Of a stretch of DNA of 64,000 nt, positions 15,909-24,540 are shown piece by piece. Numbering within the stretch: the first letter of the stretch is position 1; each line of letters begins with the position of its first letter. The stretch is taken from positions 1-64,000 of the IMG/VR virus record IMGVR_UViG_3300036760_000522. The stretch is one strand, 5' to 3'. Under the pieces are notes generated by a model. The model saw nothing but the letters and a program-made list of their open reading frames with translations, was not told the DNA's origin and did no database searches. The translations under genes and the position numbers were made by a program.

Positions 15909-16345
15909 GTTGATGCGTCTTCAAGAGCAAACTGCTCAATGATTGCGTCGGCGACACGGTTGCGATTGGCTTCGAGAATTTGAAACACCGCCTTGAGTGT
16001 GATGTAGTCCGGGCATTCCCGGATTAGGTTCTCGACACGAGACCGATACGCGTTGAGTCTGATACGTGTAAACTCCGCATCGCTGAAGCGACCACCAGCT
16101 TGTTGAAAATCTGCAAGTTCATAAAAGTCACTTTGTGTGCACTTGCCACTTTCAAGATAAAACTTGAGCCTGTGGCCGTCGATCACAAGGTGAACCGTGC
16201 GGCTCGTTACCCGAGTGACCTCCGCCACCACGTAGGGCAGGAAGGGATCCGAAACTCGCGCCCGGTGTTCGTCCATCAACTTGTCACCGATCTTGTGTTC
16301 CATGTCTCTTCCTACGAATCTCGACGCCTCGAAATTGAAAACCAT
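15905..16345 (-). CDS. hypothetical protein
   Basis: coupled ORF. Confidence 0.55.
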   Translation of the reverse strand: MVFNFEASRFVGRDMEHKIGDKLMDEHRARVSDPFLPYVVAEVTRVTSRTVHLVIDGHRLKFYLESGKCTQSDFYELADFQQAGGRFSDAEFTRIRLNAYRSRVENLIRECPDYITLKAVFQILEANRNRVADAIIEQFALEDAST

Positions 16346-16356
16346 TTAGGAGCGTT

Positions 16357-16623
16357 TCAAATGGCTCCCCTGCTGACGTTCCGTAGGCCTTGCTCTCGAA
16401 CCTCATCTTGTCCGAAAGACTCCTCCACGAGGGTCTTGAGTAGCTCGCTGTCCTCGACAAGCTCGACGTAGTCTTCGTGAAGCCACGCCACGGCCCTCCT
16501 GAGGTCTTCGTCGCGGGCGAGGTACTCGTAAGCCTTGAGTAGCTCCAAAGCCGCTCTCCGTCGCCCTGGGGCGTCGTCTACCTTCTTCCTGAGAAGACTC
16601 CTAGCAATGAGCGTCGCGTCCAT
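16357..16623 (-). CDS. hypothetical protein
   Basis: ORF in run. Confidence 0.55.
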   Translation of the reverse strand: MDATLIARSLLRKKVDDAPGRRRAALELLKAYEYLARDEDLRRAVAWLHEDYVELVEDSELLKTLVEESFGQDEVREQGLRNVSRGAI

Positions 16624-16625
16624 AG

Positions 16626-16964
16626 TCAGCTCTTCTCCTGGAACGACCCTAGAAGCCGAGTAAGCAGCTTTGGATCCTCTGAGGCTGTGACGCGGTCTAT
16701 CAACGCCCTCTTGAGCTTTGCGAGCCGGTAGACTTGGAACTCAGACTCGGTCAGCTCGTTCAGGGACACTGACCACATAGTGCTCGTGTCGCCGACAGGC
16801 TTCCCACTGTTCCGACCAAAAACGTAGCTCTCGCTGAGCTCAGCGATGAGCGTACCCGTGGCTCGCTTGATCACGATGTGGCGTTCATTCTGACGCACAA
16901 GTTCACAGAGCTCGATAGGTAACCCGTCCTTGCAGAGCACAATCCCCTTGGTCTCTTTTTTCAT
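16626..16964 (-). CDS. hypothetical protein
   Basis: ATG (MKKETK) with AGGA upstream. Confidence 0.55.
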   Translation of the reverse strand: MKKETKGIVLCKDGLPIELCELVRQNERHIVIKRATGTLIAELSESYVFGRNSGKPVGDTSTMWSVSLNELTESEFQVYRLAKLKRALIDRVTASEDPKLLTRLLGSFQEKS

Positions 16965-17018
16965 GATGCTTGTCCTACGGTTTGAAGCTGCTCGGAATGG
17001 AACGAAATCGGAAATCAC

Positions 17019-17312
17019 CTAGGCGATGCGCTTGACACCCTGTGTCGCTTTGAGCTCCGCTGCTGCGTCCATGAGGTCCCCGATATTCGCTACCTGTTGC
17101 AATCCTGCCGAAAAGCCTTCTTCCCAAAAGTGACGCGCGACGCGGTCCAGGGCGAATATCGCGGAGACATCCCCGTGGGGGTTACCAGGACTACAAATCC
17201 GTGAGTCGTATTTGTGCTCAGCCAAGAGGGCAGTGAGCATTATCGTGACTTCGTCACCTAGTGGTAGGCAGCGGGTTTCCCGTGGATGTCGATTGTTCTT
17301 TTTGGCGGTCAT
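17019..17312 (-). CDS. hypothetical protein
   Basis: ATG (MTAKK) with GGAGG RBS. Confidence 0.55.
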   Translation of the reverse strand: MTAKKNNRHPRETRCLPLGDEVTIMLTALLAEHKYDSRICSPGNPHGDVSAIFALDRVARHFWEEGFSAGLQQVANIGDLMDAAAELKATQGVKRIA

Positions 17313-17316
17313 TGTT

Positions 17317-17610
17317 TCAGGTTCCTCCCTTGATCTTGTCATACTTTTTGGCACAGACAGGACACGTCGGTCGACTGTGAAGCCCAGCTAGACACTCGTC
17401 AGCCAAGTTGTCTAGAGGTTGCCTACATCCAGCTTCCATCCAAATCTCGTGATCGCGACGGAACACAAGATGTGTGAGGAAGTGACGTTTCCCTTCCCCG
17501 CTTTCGAGCTCGCATTTGAGCCCGCCACGATAGACGCCGGCTAGGACACCCACCGTGATTACATCCACGTACTCGATGTTGCGCTTCTTCGAGAGTTTGA
17601 ACGTTGCCAT
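17317..17610 (-). CDS. hypothetical protein with C-terminal Cys cluster
   Basis: ORF; conserved 39-bp element directly upstream. Confidence 0.6.
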   Translation of the reverse strand: MATFKLSKKRNIEYVDVITVGVLAGVYRGGLKCELESGEGKRHFLTHLVFRRDHEIWMEAGCRQPLDNLADECLAGLHSRPTCPVCAKKYDKIKGGT

Positions 17611-17620
17611 GTTACCCCTA

Positions 17621-17659
17621 CTACGAATCTCGTCGCTTCAAAATCGAGTACTATTTCGG
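17621..17659 (-). promoter_or_regulatory. conserved upstream element, copy 1 (copy 2 at 18010-18048)
   Basis: 33/39 identity; shared core AAATCGAGTACTATTTCGG; both about 10 nt upstream of minus-strand starts. Confidence 0.65.
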
Positions 17660-17773
17660 ATCATTTACCAGATTCTCACATTTTCCGTTTGCACCGGGGC
17701 TTACCTGCTAGAACTTCTTCTTGGTGAGGCTGTCGGTTCGTGACCCCCCTCTGTCCGACAGCCTCACTGCTTT

Positions 17774-18001
17774 TCAAGCAGGCAGCGTAGGAAGGTGCCC
17801 AATGCGGCGTTCCTCAGCTCTACGCAGTCCCTGAGCGCGTTTGCTCGTCGTCATGACCCAATCCGTGTAGGCGCTCCTTGGTACCCGAGGAGCCTTCAGA
17901 AGCTCGCTTGATGGGTTCCTGAGCGAGGTAGGGGGAAGAGAGTCGGGCTTACCGAATAGGTCGAGTATGAGCTCTTCGAAGGCTGTGAGTTCAGTTTGCA
18001 C
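17774..18001 (-). CDS. hypothetical protein
   Basis: ORF downstream of element copy 2. Confidence 0.4.
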   Translation of the reverse strand: MQTELTAFEELILDLFGKPDSLPPTSLRNPSSELLKAPRVPRSAYTDWVMTTSKRAQGLRRAEERRIGHLPTLPA

Positions 18002-18593
18002 ATTTCTACCTACGAATTGGGTCGGCTCGAAATCGAGTACTATTTCGGGGACGTTCCCATTTGATATGGAAACGTCAGATCAAATCATATTCGCGGACCA
18101 CTGTCCTGCGTGCGCCTCAACATGGCTCCAAGTCTTTTGGGACACTCGATGGCAAACGAGGTGCACCAACGGAGACCTTCCGATGTTTTCAGAGGCAAAG
18201 GGAGTTGGTGGCTCTGCTGCTGCGCGACTGTCGAGAACGCGAAGACAACGCTGAGTGGAGGACCGAAGCCGGGCTCTTCGAGACGAAGTGTCGGACGAAA
18301 CGAGACGACGAACGGCTTCGGAGCGCGCTTCTCGCGTCAGCAGGATCTGTTGAAAGCGACGAGGATCCATCCATCACCAAACGATGATCTCGTCTTGGGC
18401 ACTTGTACTGAACGCAGTTGCCGATGTGTACAAGTCACATTGCAGAAGTGAAATCGAGATCGGAAACACGTGAAACACAGTGGTTTGCTCAATGAGATCA
18501 AACGTAGTGTCTTTTTTTCTTGACAAACGAGTGTTGCATACGTACTTCGGTGTTGATGGATCCGATCTGTCGAAAACAGCGGGTGTTCAGTGG

Positions 18594-18645
18594 GTTTTAT
18601 TTATCCAAGAGTTCAACACTCGTTGAACTCTTGGATAAATAAAAC
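18594..18645. repeat. perfect 24-bp inverted repeat with 4-nt spacer
   Basis: GTTTTATTTATCCAAGAGTTCAAC-ACTC-GTTGAACTCTTGGATAAATAAAAC. Confidence 0.95.
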
Positions 18646-18820
18646 AGCTTGTTTTGGCTTCGCCTCTAGACTGCTTCGCTCCCACAACGAAATAAACCAG
18701 TTCAACCACACCACAAAAATGCTACCCAAGAGGCACACCTTAACCACTTTCGACTTCCCTTCTTTCGTCTTAAATGTTCGCCGATCGGCGAACATTTAAG
18801 ACCCCTAGGTCTCCCCTGGT

Positions 18821-18848
18821 GTCCTTAGTCCTTAGTCCTTAGTCCTTA
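18821..18848 (+). repeat. tandem heptamer (GTCCTTA)x4
   Basis: read directly from the sequence. Confidence 0.9.
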
Positions 18849-18870
18849 GAGGCACTTAGACAGCACCCTC

Positions 18871-19194
18871 ATGTCTGACCCACATACCCCCACACCAGAG
18901 TCTCCCCCTCTTCCCCCTGCCACCTCCATCGCAGCCGCTTGGGAACGCTACCGCGCCATGGTGTTGCCTGTGGTAGCGAGCGAGGTCCAGGTCGTCGAGA
19001 CCCGAAAGGCCTTCTACGCAGGGGCCATCATGCTGTTCAGGACCCTCATCTCCTCGCTTACGCCTGGCAAAGAAGCGACTGCCGCCGACATGGCCTTCCT
19101 GACCGCCATCGACAACGAGATTGTGGCGTTCGAAACCGAGCTCTACGCTCGCTTGGAAACGAGGCATTCTTCCTCACCACACAGCCTCTCCTGA
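18871..19194 (+). CDS. hypothetical phage protein
   Basis: AWERY...Q..ETRKAFYAGA pattern common in phages. Confidence 0.65.
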   Translation: MSDPHTPTPESPPLPPATSIAAAWERYRAMVLPVVASEVQVVETRKAFYAGAIMLFRTLISSLTPGKEATAADMAFLTAIDNEIVAFETELYARLETRHSSSPHSLS

Positions 19195-19381
19195 GACTTG
19201 GAGGCACAAGCCTGGCCTGTGGACCCTCCTAGTGGCTTAGCCCTTCTCAGGGCTTCCTGGGAGGCCCTAAGGTCCTCAAGACGGATTCGCAGCTCGCAGC
19301 TCTCAGGTCATCCTCATCAGGGCTGCTTCGAGCACCTCTTGGTAGTCCTTGGAAGGGGTCGCTGTCATCATGGGTGTGGCC

Positions 19382-19858
19382 TCACAGGCTCTCAAGGATG
19401 TCGTCCCAAAGGTCCTTCTCCTCGGATTGTGGTGCGTCGTTCTCTTCAATCTTCTGTTCCTCCACAGCCTCAGGCGATTCAGGCAGTACAGCCAACCCTT
19501 CTTCTACAGGTCGTTTCTCCTGACCGTCCGTCGCTTCTTCTGGCTTCTTACGAGTCTTTCTCGCACGACGTGGTGAGACGACAGTAGCAGTTCCTGGAAC
19601 GACTTCGAGTGTTGGTGAGACGACTGGGGGCGGTTTGCGCTGCCCTCGTTTCTCTTTCCGGTTCTTCGCACGTGACCTCACCTCTCTCAGAATAGCGTCG
19701 TAGGCGCCTTCCTTGGAGGATGCCATCAGCCCAATTCCGAGACTGAATGCCGCATTCCCTATCGTGTAGCGTGACGCCACGGGGTGCTCGTCTTCAAGCA
19801 CCTCTAGTTTTGCCAGCGTCTCCGACTGTATTCTGAGCGTAATCACTGTGTCGGCCAT
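19382..19858 (-). CDS. putative RHH-like DNA-binding protein with charged tail
   Basis: N-terminal VITLRIQSETLAKL; palindromes upstream. Confidence 0.5.
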   Translation of the reverse strand: MADTVITLRIQSETLAKLEVLEDEHPVASRYTIGNAAFSLGIGLMASSKEGAYDAILREVRSRAKNRKEKRGQRKPPPVVSPTLEVVPGTATVVSPRRARKTRKKPEEATDGQEKRPVEEGLAVLPESPEAVEEQKIEENDAPQSEEKDLWDDILESL

Positions 19859-20385
19859 ACAATGCGTATTCTCCTGATGTACTTTGAGTACACAGACACC
19901 GGATGAAAACACGTCACGACGTGTGCACAGAATGTAACGCTTTGACACGTGTCAATTAAGTATTCAATTTCTACGCAGCACGCAACGTACTTTCTAGTAT
20001 GCTAGTAGTACAAAGTATACAGAGGAAGCGATGACACCTTCTACAGCACGGGCGAGTCACTCTTACCGGCGCACTCGTCCTCGCCAGCAGCTTGGCGTCG
20101 GAACACGTTCCCCTGTCCTCCCCGGCGTTAGAACCGCAGCAACCGACGTCTTAGCGGGCAGGGCACAAAAGTCCTTGATGCGCTTCAACTCGAGGCCGAA
20201 AAACTCGTCGCTCTACTCAAGAGCCGCGAGATCGGTCTTTCCACTTGGTGGCTCTTCCTAGACACCCGTATCAAGAACACATGCGTTTGGCCATGGATAG
20301 AGCCGAAAAGGGCACAGGATGAAAAACACGAAAGGCCACCCCCTTGAGAGGGCGACCTTTTCGAGTCAAACAGGCTTTCGATTTT

Positions 20386-21168
20386 TTAATCGAAGAGACC
20401 TTTGGCACAGTACGCATGCACGTGCTGGTTGTCGATGTTGTTGACAAAACTCTTCATGTTCTTGCCGCAGTACCCTTGACAGGTCAACCAGCTCCAGGCG
20501 GCGAACCAGCCGTGTGTTCGCCAGCTGTTCTCTGGGACTGGATACACAGTGGTCTTGTTTCCGATTTTGATCGAGTAGTTGGACGTGCCCACCCCGCTAC
20601 AGACAAAGCCGCTATACTCGATGATGTCGTCCGCGTAAATCCAAGAGTAGCCAAAATCCATCAAGAAATACTGGTAGTCGAAATCAGCGGCTTGGCACTG
20701 TATCTGGCTTGAGAGCCAGGTAAAGTCACAGCAGCCATTCCCGCAAGCCGCTTTGTTTGCAACTTCGCCGGTTGCGCCGAACGCGTCACTCGGCTTAGCC
20801 AACTTGGATGGAGCAGCATCGGTCTGTACCGTTTGCAGATTCAGGCGATCTTGCAACGCTGCAAGATTGGCAGGGACCGCCTTGTCTGGCGCCAGACGTG
20901 TCCAGGCTTGCGTCAGTGTCTCGCCAGCAACACCCGCGTAGACAGGGTCGACGAAGGCTTGGCCTCTTTCAGTAATCAGGACTCCGCCTTCAGACGCGAA
21001 GTCGAGAAAATCTACGATATTGCCGTTCGGGAACTTCAGCGTAGCTATCACGCTCCCCGACGGAACAGCGACCGCTTGAGTTTCAGAATCCAGGGCAACT
21101 TCATCACCCCCACTGCACCCGACCAATACCAAACCAACCAACATTCTCACTATCGTGTTTTTTGTCAC
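20386..21168 (-). CDS. Cys-rich putative lipoprotein
   Basis: GGAGG + GTG start; basic-hydrophobic signal with LVGC lipobox; Cys/Trp-rich C-terminal domain. Confidence 0.65.
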   Translation of the reverse strand: MTKNTIVRMLVGLVLVGCSGGDEVALDSETQAVAVPSGSVIATLKFPNGNIVDFLDFASEGGVLITERGQAFVDPVYAGVAGETLTQAWTRLAPDKAVPANLAALQDRLNLQTVQTDAAPSKLAKPSDAFGATGEVANKAACGNGCCDFTWLSSQIQCQAADFDYQYFLMDFGYSWIYADDIIEYSGFVCSGVGTSNYSIKIGNKTTVYPVPENSWRTHGWFAAWSWLTCQGYCGKNMKSFVNNIDNQHVHAYCAKGLFD

Positions 21169-21424
21169 AATGGACCTCCGAGCGCGATTAACGCCCGGTT
21201 TGCCTGTTAGGTAAATATGGCCGAAAATGCCATGTCTCAAAATCACACAGATACGTATTCAAATCATGAATTCGACACGACTTCATGATGGTGTCATTTT
21301 GAGAAACACGAGAACCGCAGGCCTGCCCTCGGAAACCAGTTGTCTGCAACCTCTGCAACGAAGTACAACCACAGAGCTCCTGATTTCAGGACCGGCCCCC
21401 ACCCACAACAGCTTGTGAGCATAT

Positions 21425-21769
21425 ATGAAAGCGAAGACGAGAGTGAAAGCGACGAAAGGCGCAGCAGTTCCTGCGACGGACAGAACAGGCGGCTTTGACA
21501 TGGCCCTCTGCCTTCTCAAGTTAGGAGTCCTTGTCACGCGTCAGTCTTGGCGTGACGGGATCCGTGTCTATCTCGCGCCAAGAAAACCAACTCCGCTCTT
21601 CATTTACGACGATCCAGGAGGTAATAAATACAAGGCCGGTTGGACACCTTCGACTGACGACCTCTTAGCGCGAGATTGGGTCGTTCAGGATCCTTACGAG
21701 GACGTCGCTCCTAAAAAGAAGCGCAAGACCCCGACCGTCTCGTCTCGCACGTTGAGGAAGCCGCTTTAA
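21425..21769 (+). CDS. DUF2829 / Tad2-like protein
   Basis: F..AL..LK.G..V.R..W ... W.PS..DLLA.DW signature. Confidence 0.7.
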   Translation: MKAKTRVKATKGAAVPATDRTGGFDMALCLLKLGVLVTRQSWRDGIRVYLAPRKPTPLFIYDDPGGNKYKAGWTPSTDDLLARDWVVQDPYEDVAPKKKRKTPTVSSRTLRKPL

Positions 21770-22479
21770 GCTCGCAATGGCTCGGCTAGATTCGCCGCAT
21801 CCCAGCCATGGAGCCACGCGTCAAGATGGCCCGTGATTCCGTTCCCGCCTTGTTGGACCAGTCTCATGGCGGACATCAGGTCCCGGTCTTGTGACGGGAC
21901 TCTCGGTTTCCCGACCTTGAAAGCGTCTTTTCCCATTTGACGCGCTTCTGAAGTCGACACAGCTTGTGACGTTGTGCTTTCTTCTGCCTGAGTGGGCTTG
22001 AAGGACCAAAGGACGCTCCCACCTGGGATCGATTGAATCATTGCGAGTCCGTTTCGAAGCAAGACCTTGAGTCCACCATCATCCACCGCGAACCGGGCCG
22101 CGTGGCTCGAGTACGCAAACTCGTGCAAGCCTTCTCGGTACCCGTAATCTGGTTTTGCAGGGCCCAAGGTCCGATGGAGCAGAGCGAGGAGTCGTTTTGG
22201 TGGCTTTGCCGCCCCGAGCTTGTACCGCTCAACGACTTTCGTAGTGGACGCTGTGTGAAGGAGTCGATTGCTGTTCATGGTATCCCCAAGCTCTTGTTGG
22301 ATGATTCCTTCCGCGTGGTCGAAGCTCGGCTTACGCGACTTTATCTCGTGTTCCTTGCCATCCAATGTCAAAAACCACGTCTTGTCTCGCTTGTGTAGCA
22401 CTGCCCGGCCGAAGAGGCCTTCGTACCCGCCCCCAGGTGTCGGCTTCCAGGTCCAGGCTAGCTTCGACGTGGCCTCCAT
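21766..22479 (-). CDS. hypothetical multidomain protein
   Basis: 237-aa ORF. Confidence 0.6.
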   Translation of the reverse strand: MEATSKLAWTWKPTPGGGYEGLFGRAVLHKRDKTWFLTLDGKEHEIKSRKPSFDHAEGIIQQELGDTMNSNRLLHTASTTKVVERYKLGAAKPPKRLLALLHRTLGPAKPDYGYREGLHEFAYSSHAARFAVDDGGLKVLLRNGLAMIQSIPGGSVLWSFKPTQAEESTTSQAVSTSEARQMGKDAFKVGKPRVPSQDRDLMSAMRLVQQGGNGITGHLDAWLHGWDAANLAEPLRA

Positions 22480-22480
22480 G

Positions 22481-22702
22481 CTACTTGGTGTTTCCCATCA
22501 AAGGGACAATACTTGCTGGTTGGGCGCCTGGATGTCTGCGGTGACCGACGACGAGCACGACGCCGCCTACGCATTCGAGGCTCTCTGGTATCACGCCTGT
22601 GAGACTGATACTTGAGTGAGTCTGTCCGCGGAACGGATCAGGCGTATAGACAGTGACTCGCACGCAGTAGCTTTTCTGGTGTTTCCGTAGCATCGTCGCC
22701 AT
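22481..22702 (-). CDS. hypothetical protein
   Basis: ORF in run. Confidence 0.45.
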   Translation of the reverse strand: MATMLRKHQKSYCVRVTVYTPDPFRGQTHSSISLTGVIPESLECVGGVVLVVGHRRHPGAQPASIVPLMGNTK

Positions 22703-22715
22703 GTGGTTTTTTCCT

Positions 22716-23159
22716 TCACGCCTCCACTTGTGGCTCAGTCACTGAATCGCCGTCACGTAAAGGCCAAAGCAACTCACCCTTGCGCAGCAAGGCCCATTCC
22801 GTGTCTGTTAGGGGCCGAAAGCTCCCTCGTGGTTCGCAGTGCCCTCCACTTGTATCTTCAACTCCATCGACGTAGTCTGGAAAGAAAATGTATTTGCCTG
22901 TCCAAATTGACAAGCCCGGTGGTGCATCCTCTAGACCAAGATCCTCCAGGTTGCTCAGTGAGGCGTCTTCGATTTCGCGGGTGATCCCAGGGCCGGTGTA
23001 CTGGAGTACGGTCCCACTCCGTGAGCCATTTGCGATGAGGGCGTGGGACAGTTCGACTCCTCGGTCGCCTGCTCTGACTTCTTCCGGTTGTCCGTGTGCC
23101 ATATAGTCTTTTGTTCCGCTGTAAGATGATGAGGAGAGAGAAATCATCATGCCGTTCAA
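22716..23159 (-). CDS. hypothetical protein
   Basis: ORF; true start uncertain. Confidence 0.5.
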   Translation of the reverse strand: MNGMMISLSSSSYSGTKDYMAHGQPEEVRAGDRGVELSHALIANGSRSGTVLQYTGPGITREIEDASLSNLEDLGLEDAPPGLSIWTGKYIFFPDYVDGVEDTSGGHCEPRGSFRPLTDTEWALLRKGELLWPLRDGDSVTEPQVEA

Positions 23160-23367
23160 GGATAAAGTTGGGTCTACCGATCACGTCGAGGCATCTCTGT
23201 CTACGTACACGCCTCCTGAGTTCCCCTGCCCGAATTGCGGGAAGGCCACGAAAGACGACAACACGGATGAAACGAGGGAGGCTGGCCAAAACATCAGAAT
23301 TTGCTCTTCCCGTGTGTGCCGTTCGCAATCTGACTTCGCGTCAGGCTCCGGCGTTCTAGTCTCCTGA
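23149..23367 (+). CDS. zinc-finger small protein
   Basis: CPNC...CSSRVC; GAGGAG RBS. Confidence 0.55.
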   Translation: MPFKDKVGSTDHVEASLSTYTPPEFPCPNCGKATKDDNTDETREAGQNIRICSSRVCRSQSDFASGSGVLVS

Positions 23368-24447
23368 GTGCGCTGGCAGCAATCTGGGTCCGCTTTCTAC
23401 CGGCCCTTGCTTGACACCGCGGTGCAGCACAATCTCACGTCCACGGGCAGCACCTGCATCGTGTATCGACCCACTGGTTAGATTGAACTTGCGACCAGTG
23501 TGTCGGTCGGGGTTGCGCTTTTCGTAGTAGTCCCGAACGGCTTTTTCCCCTACCCAAACGAGTCCTTCTTGCTGACAAACCTTTTTCTCGTCGTCGAGCT
23601 TGTCGAGAAAGCCTGACATCACGCCGGCTCGGAACTCACGCCTAAAGCGATTAGATCGCAGGCCCTCACCCTGCCTGTACTTGAACCACAACCGGTTCGC
23701 AGTGCGGTTGAGAAAAGTGTGCACGTAGGAGGCTAGCTCCAAGTTGTCGTCTAATCCACAGACCTCGAGAACGCGTCCTTGCTTACCTTCCGCAATGCGC
23801 CAGATGTAGATCCAGATACAGGCAACGAAGAAATGTCGTGACAAGATACAGCTGAGCAACTTGTCCGCTTCCGTGGTCCGTAAGCTTGGTTTGCCGAGAT
23901 GTCGAAAGCCGTAATGACTCGTCGTGACATCCAACACGTTTTCGATATTGTACTTCAGCATTAGCCGTTGCGCCGTTTTCATGGCTATCTCGGCCTCGTG
24001 TTGGTTGGCGCTCTTCGCTAGTGCTAAAAGACCGGCTATCTTTTGCAGGACAGCTGGACGCTCACCATTGCTCTTGGCTTGAGGCAATCCAGATGCTCGT
24101 CCGTCAAAGCCTCGCTCTTGACAGACCTTTTGGAACAAGTCTCCGTGAGGTAGCGCGTCGTCGGCTTTGAGGACTTCGTGAACGTACTGGTGCGCCATCT
24201 CGTGCTTCAAGACTTCGATGACAGCCCCCCACTCGGACGTGAACAAGAACCCGCGTGTGATTTCGACACACCGCGCACTCGGAACCCACCGACCCAAGGT
24301 CTTGGCGGCGTCGGTTAGTTGGAAAGCGCAGGCCTTCAACTGATTTGCGAAGAAATTGTGGTTGATCGATCGGTACTCGCGATACAAGGCGCGAACCGCG
24401 GCACTCTCTAGTTCGTTGGAGAGCTTCGCGTGTCCGGGGTTCAACAT
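23356..24447 (-). CDS. SprT-like metalloprotease + DUF2786 domain protein
   Basis: HEMAH zinc motif; KIAGLLALAKSANQHEAEIA...AQRLMLKYNI (DUF2786-like). Confidence 0.75.
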   Translation of the reverse strand: MLNPGHAKLSNELESAAVRALYREYRSINHNFFANQLKACAFQLTDAAKTLGRWVPSARCVEITRGFLFTSEWGAVIEVLKHEMAHQYVHEVLKADDALPHGDLFQKVCQERGFDGRASGLPQAKSNGERPAVLQKIAGLLALAKSANQHEAEIAMKTAQRLMLKYNIENVLDVTTSHYGFRHLGKPSLRTTEADKLLSCILSRHFFVACIWIYIWRIAEGKQGRVLEVCGLDDNLELASYVHTFLNRTANRLWFKYRQGEGLRSNRFRREFRAGVMSGFLDKLDDEKKVCQQEGLVWVGEKAVRDYYEKRNPDRHTGRKFNLTSGSIHDAGAARGREIVLHRGVKQGPVESGPRLLPAHSGD

Positions 24448-24540
24448 GATGTCCGTGGCTATTGCCGATTCCGGAAAGTTCGGCGCTTTGGTGGAAAGTG
24501 GAAACTAGTGTATAGAAGGCAAGCGGAGGAATCAAACGCG

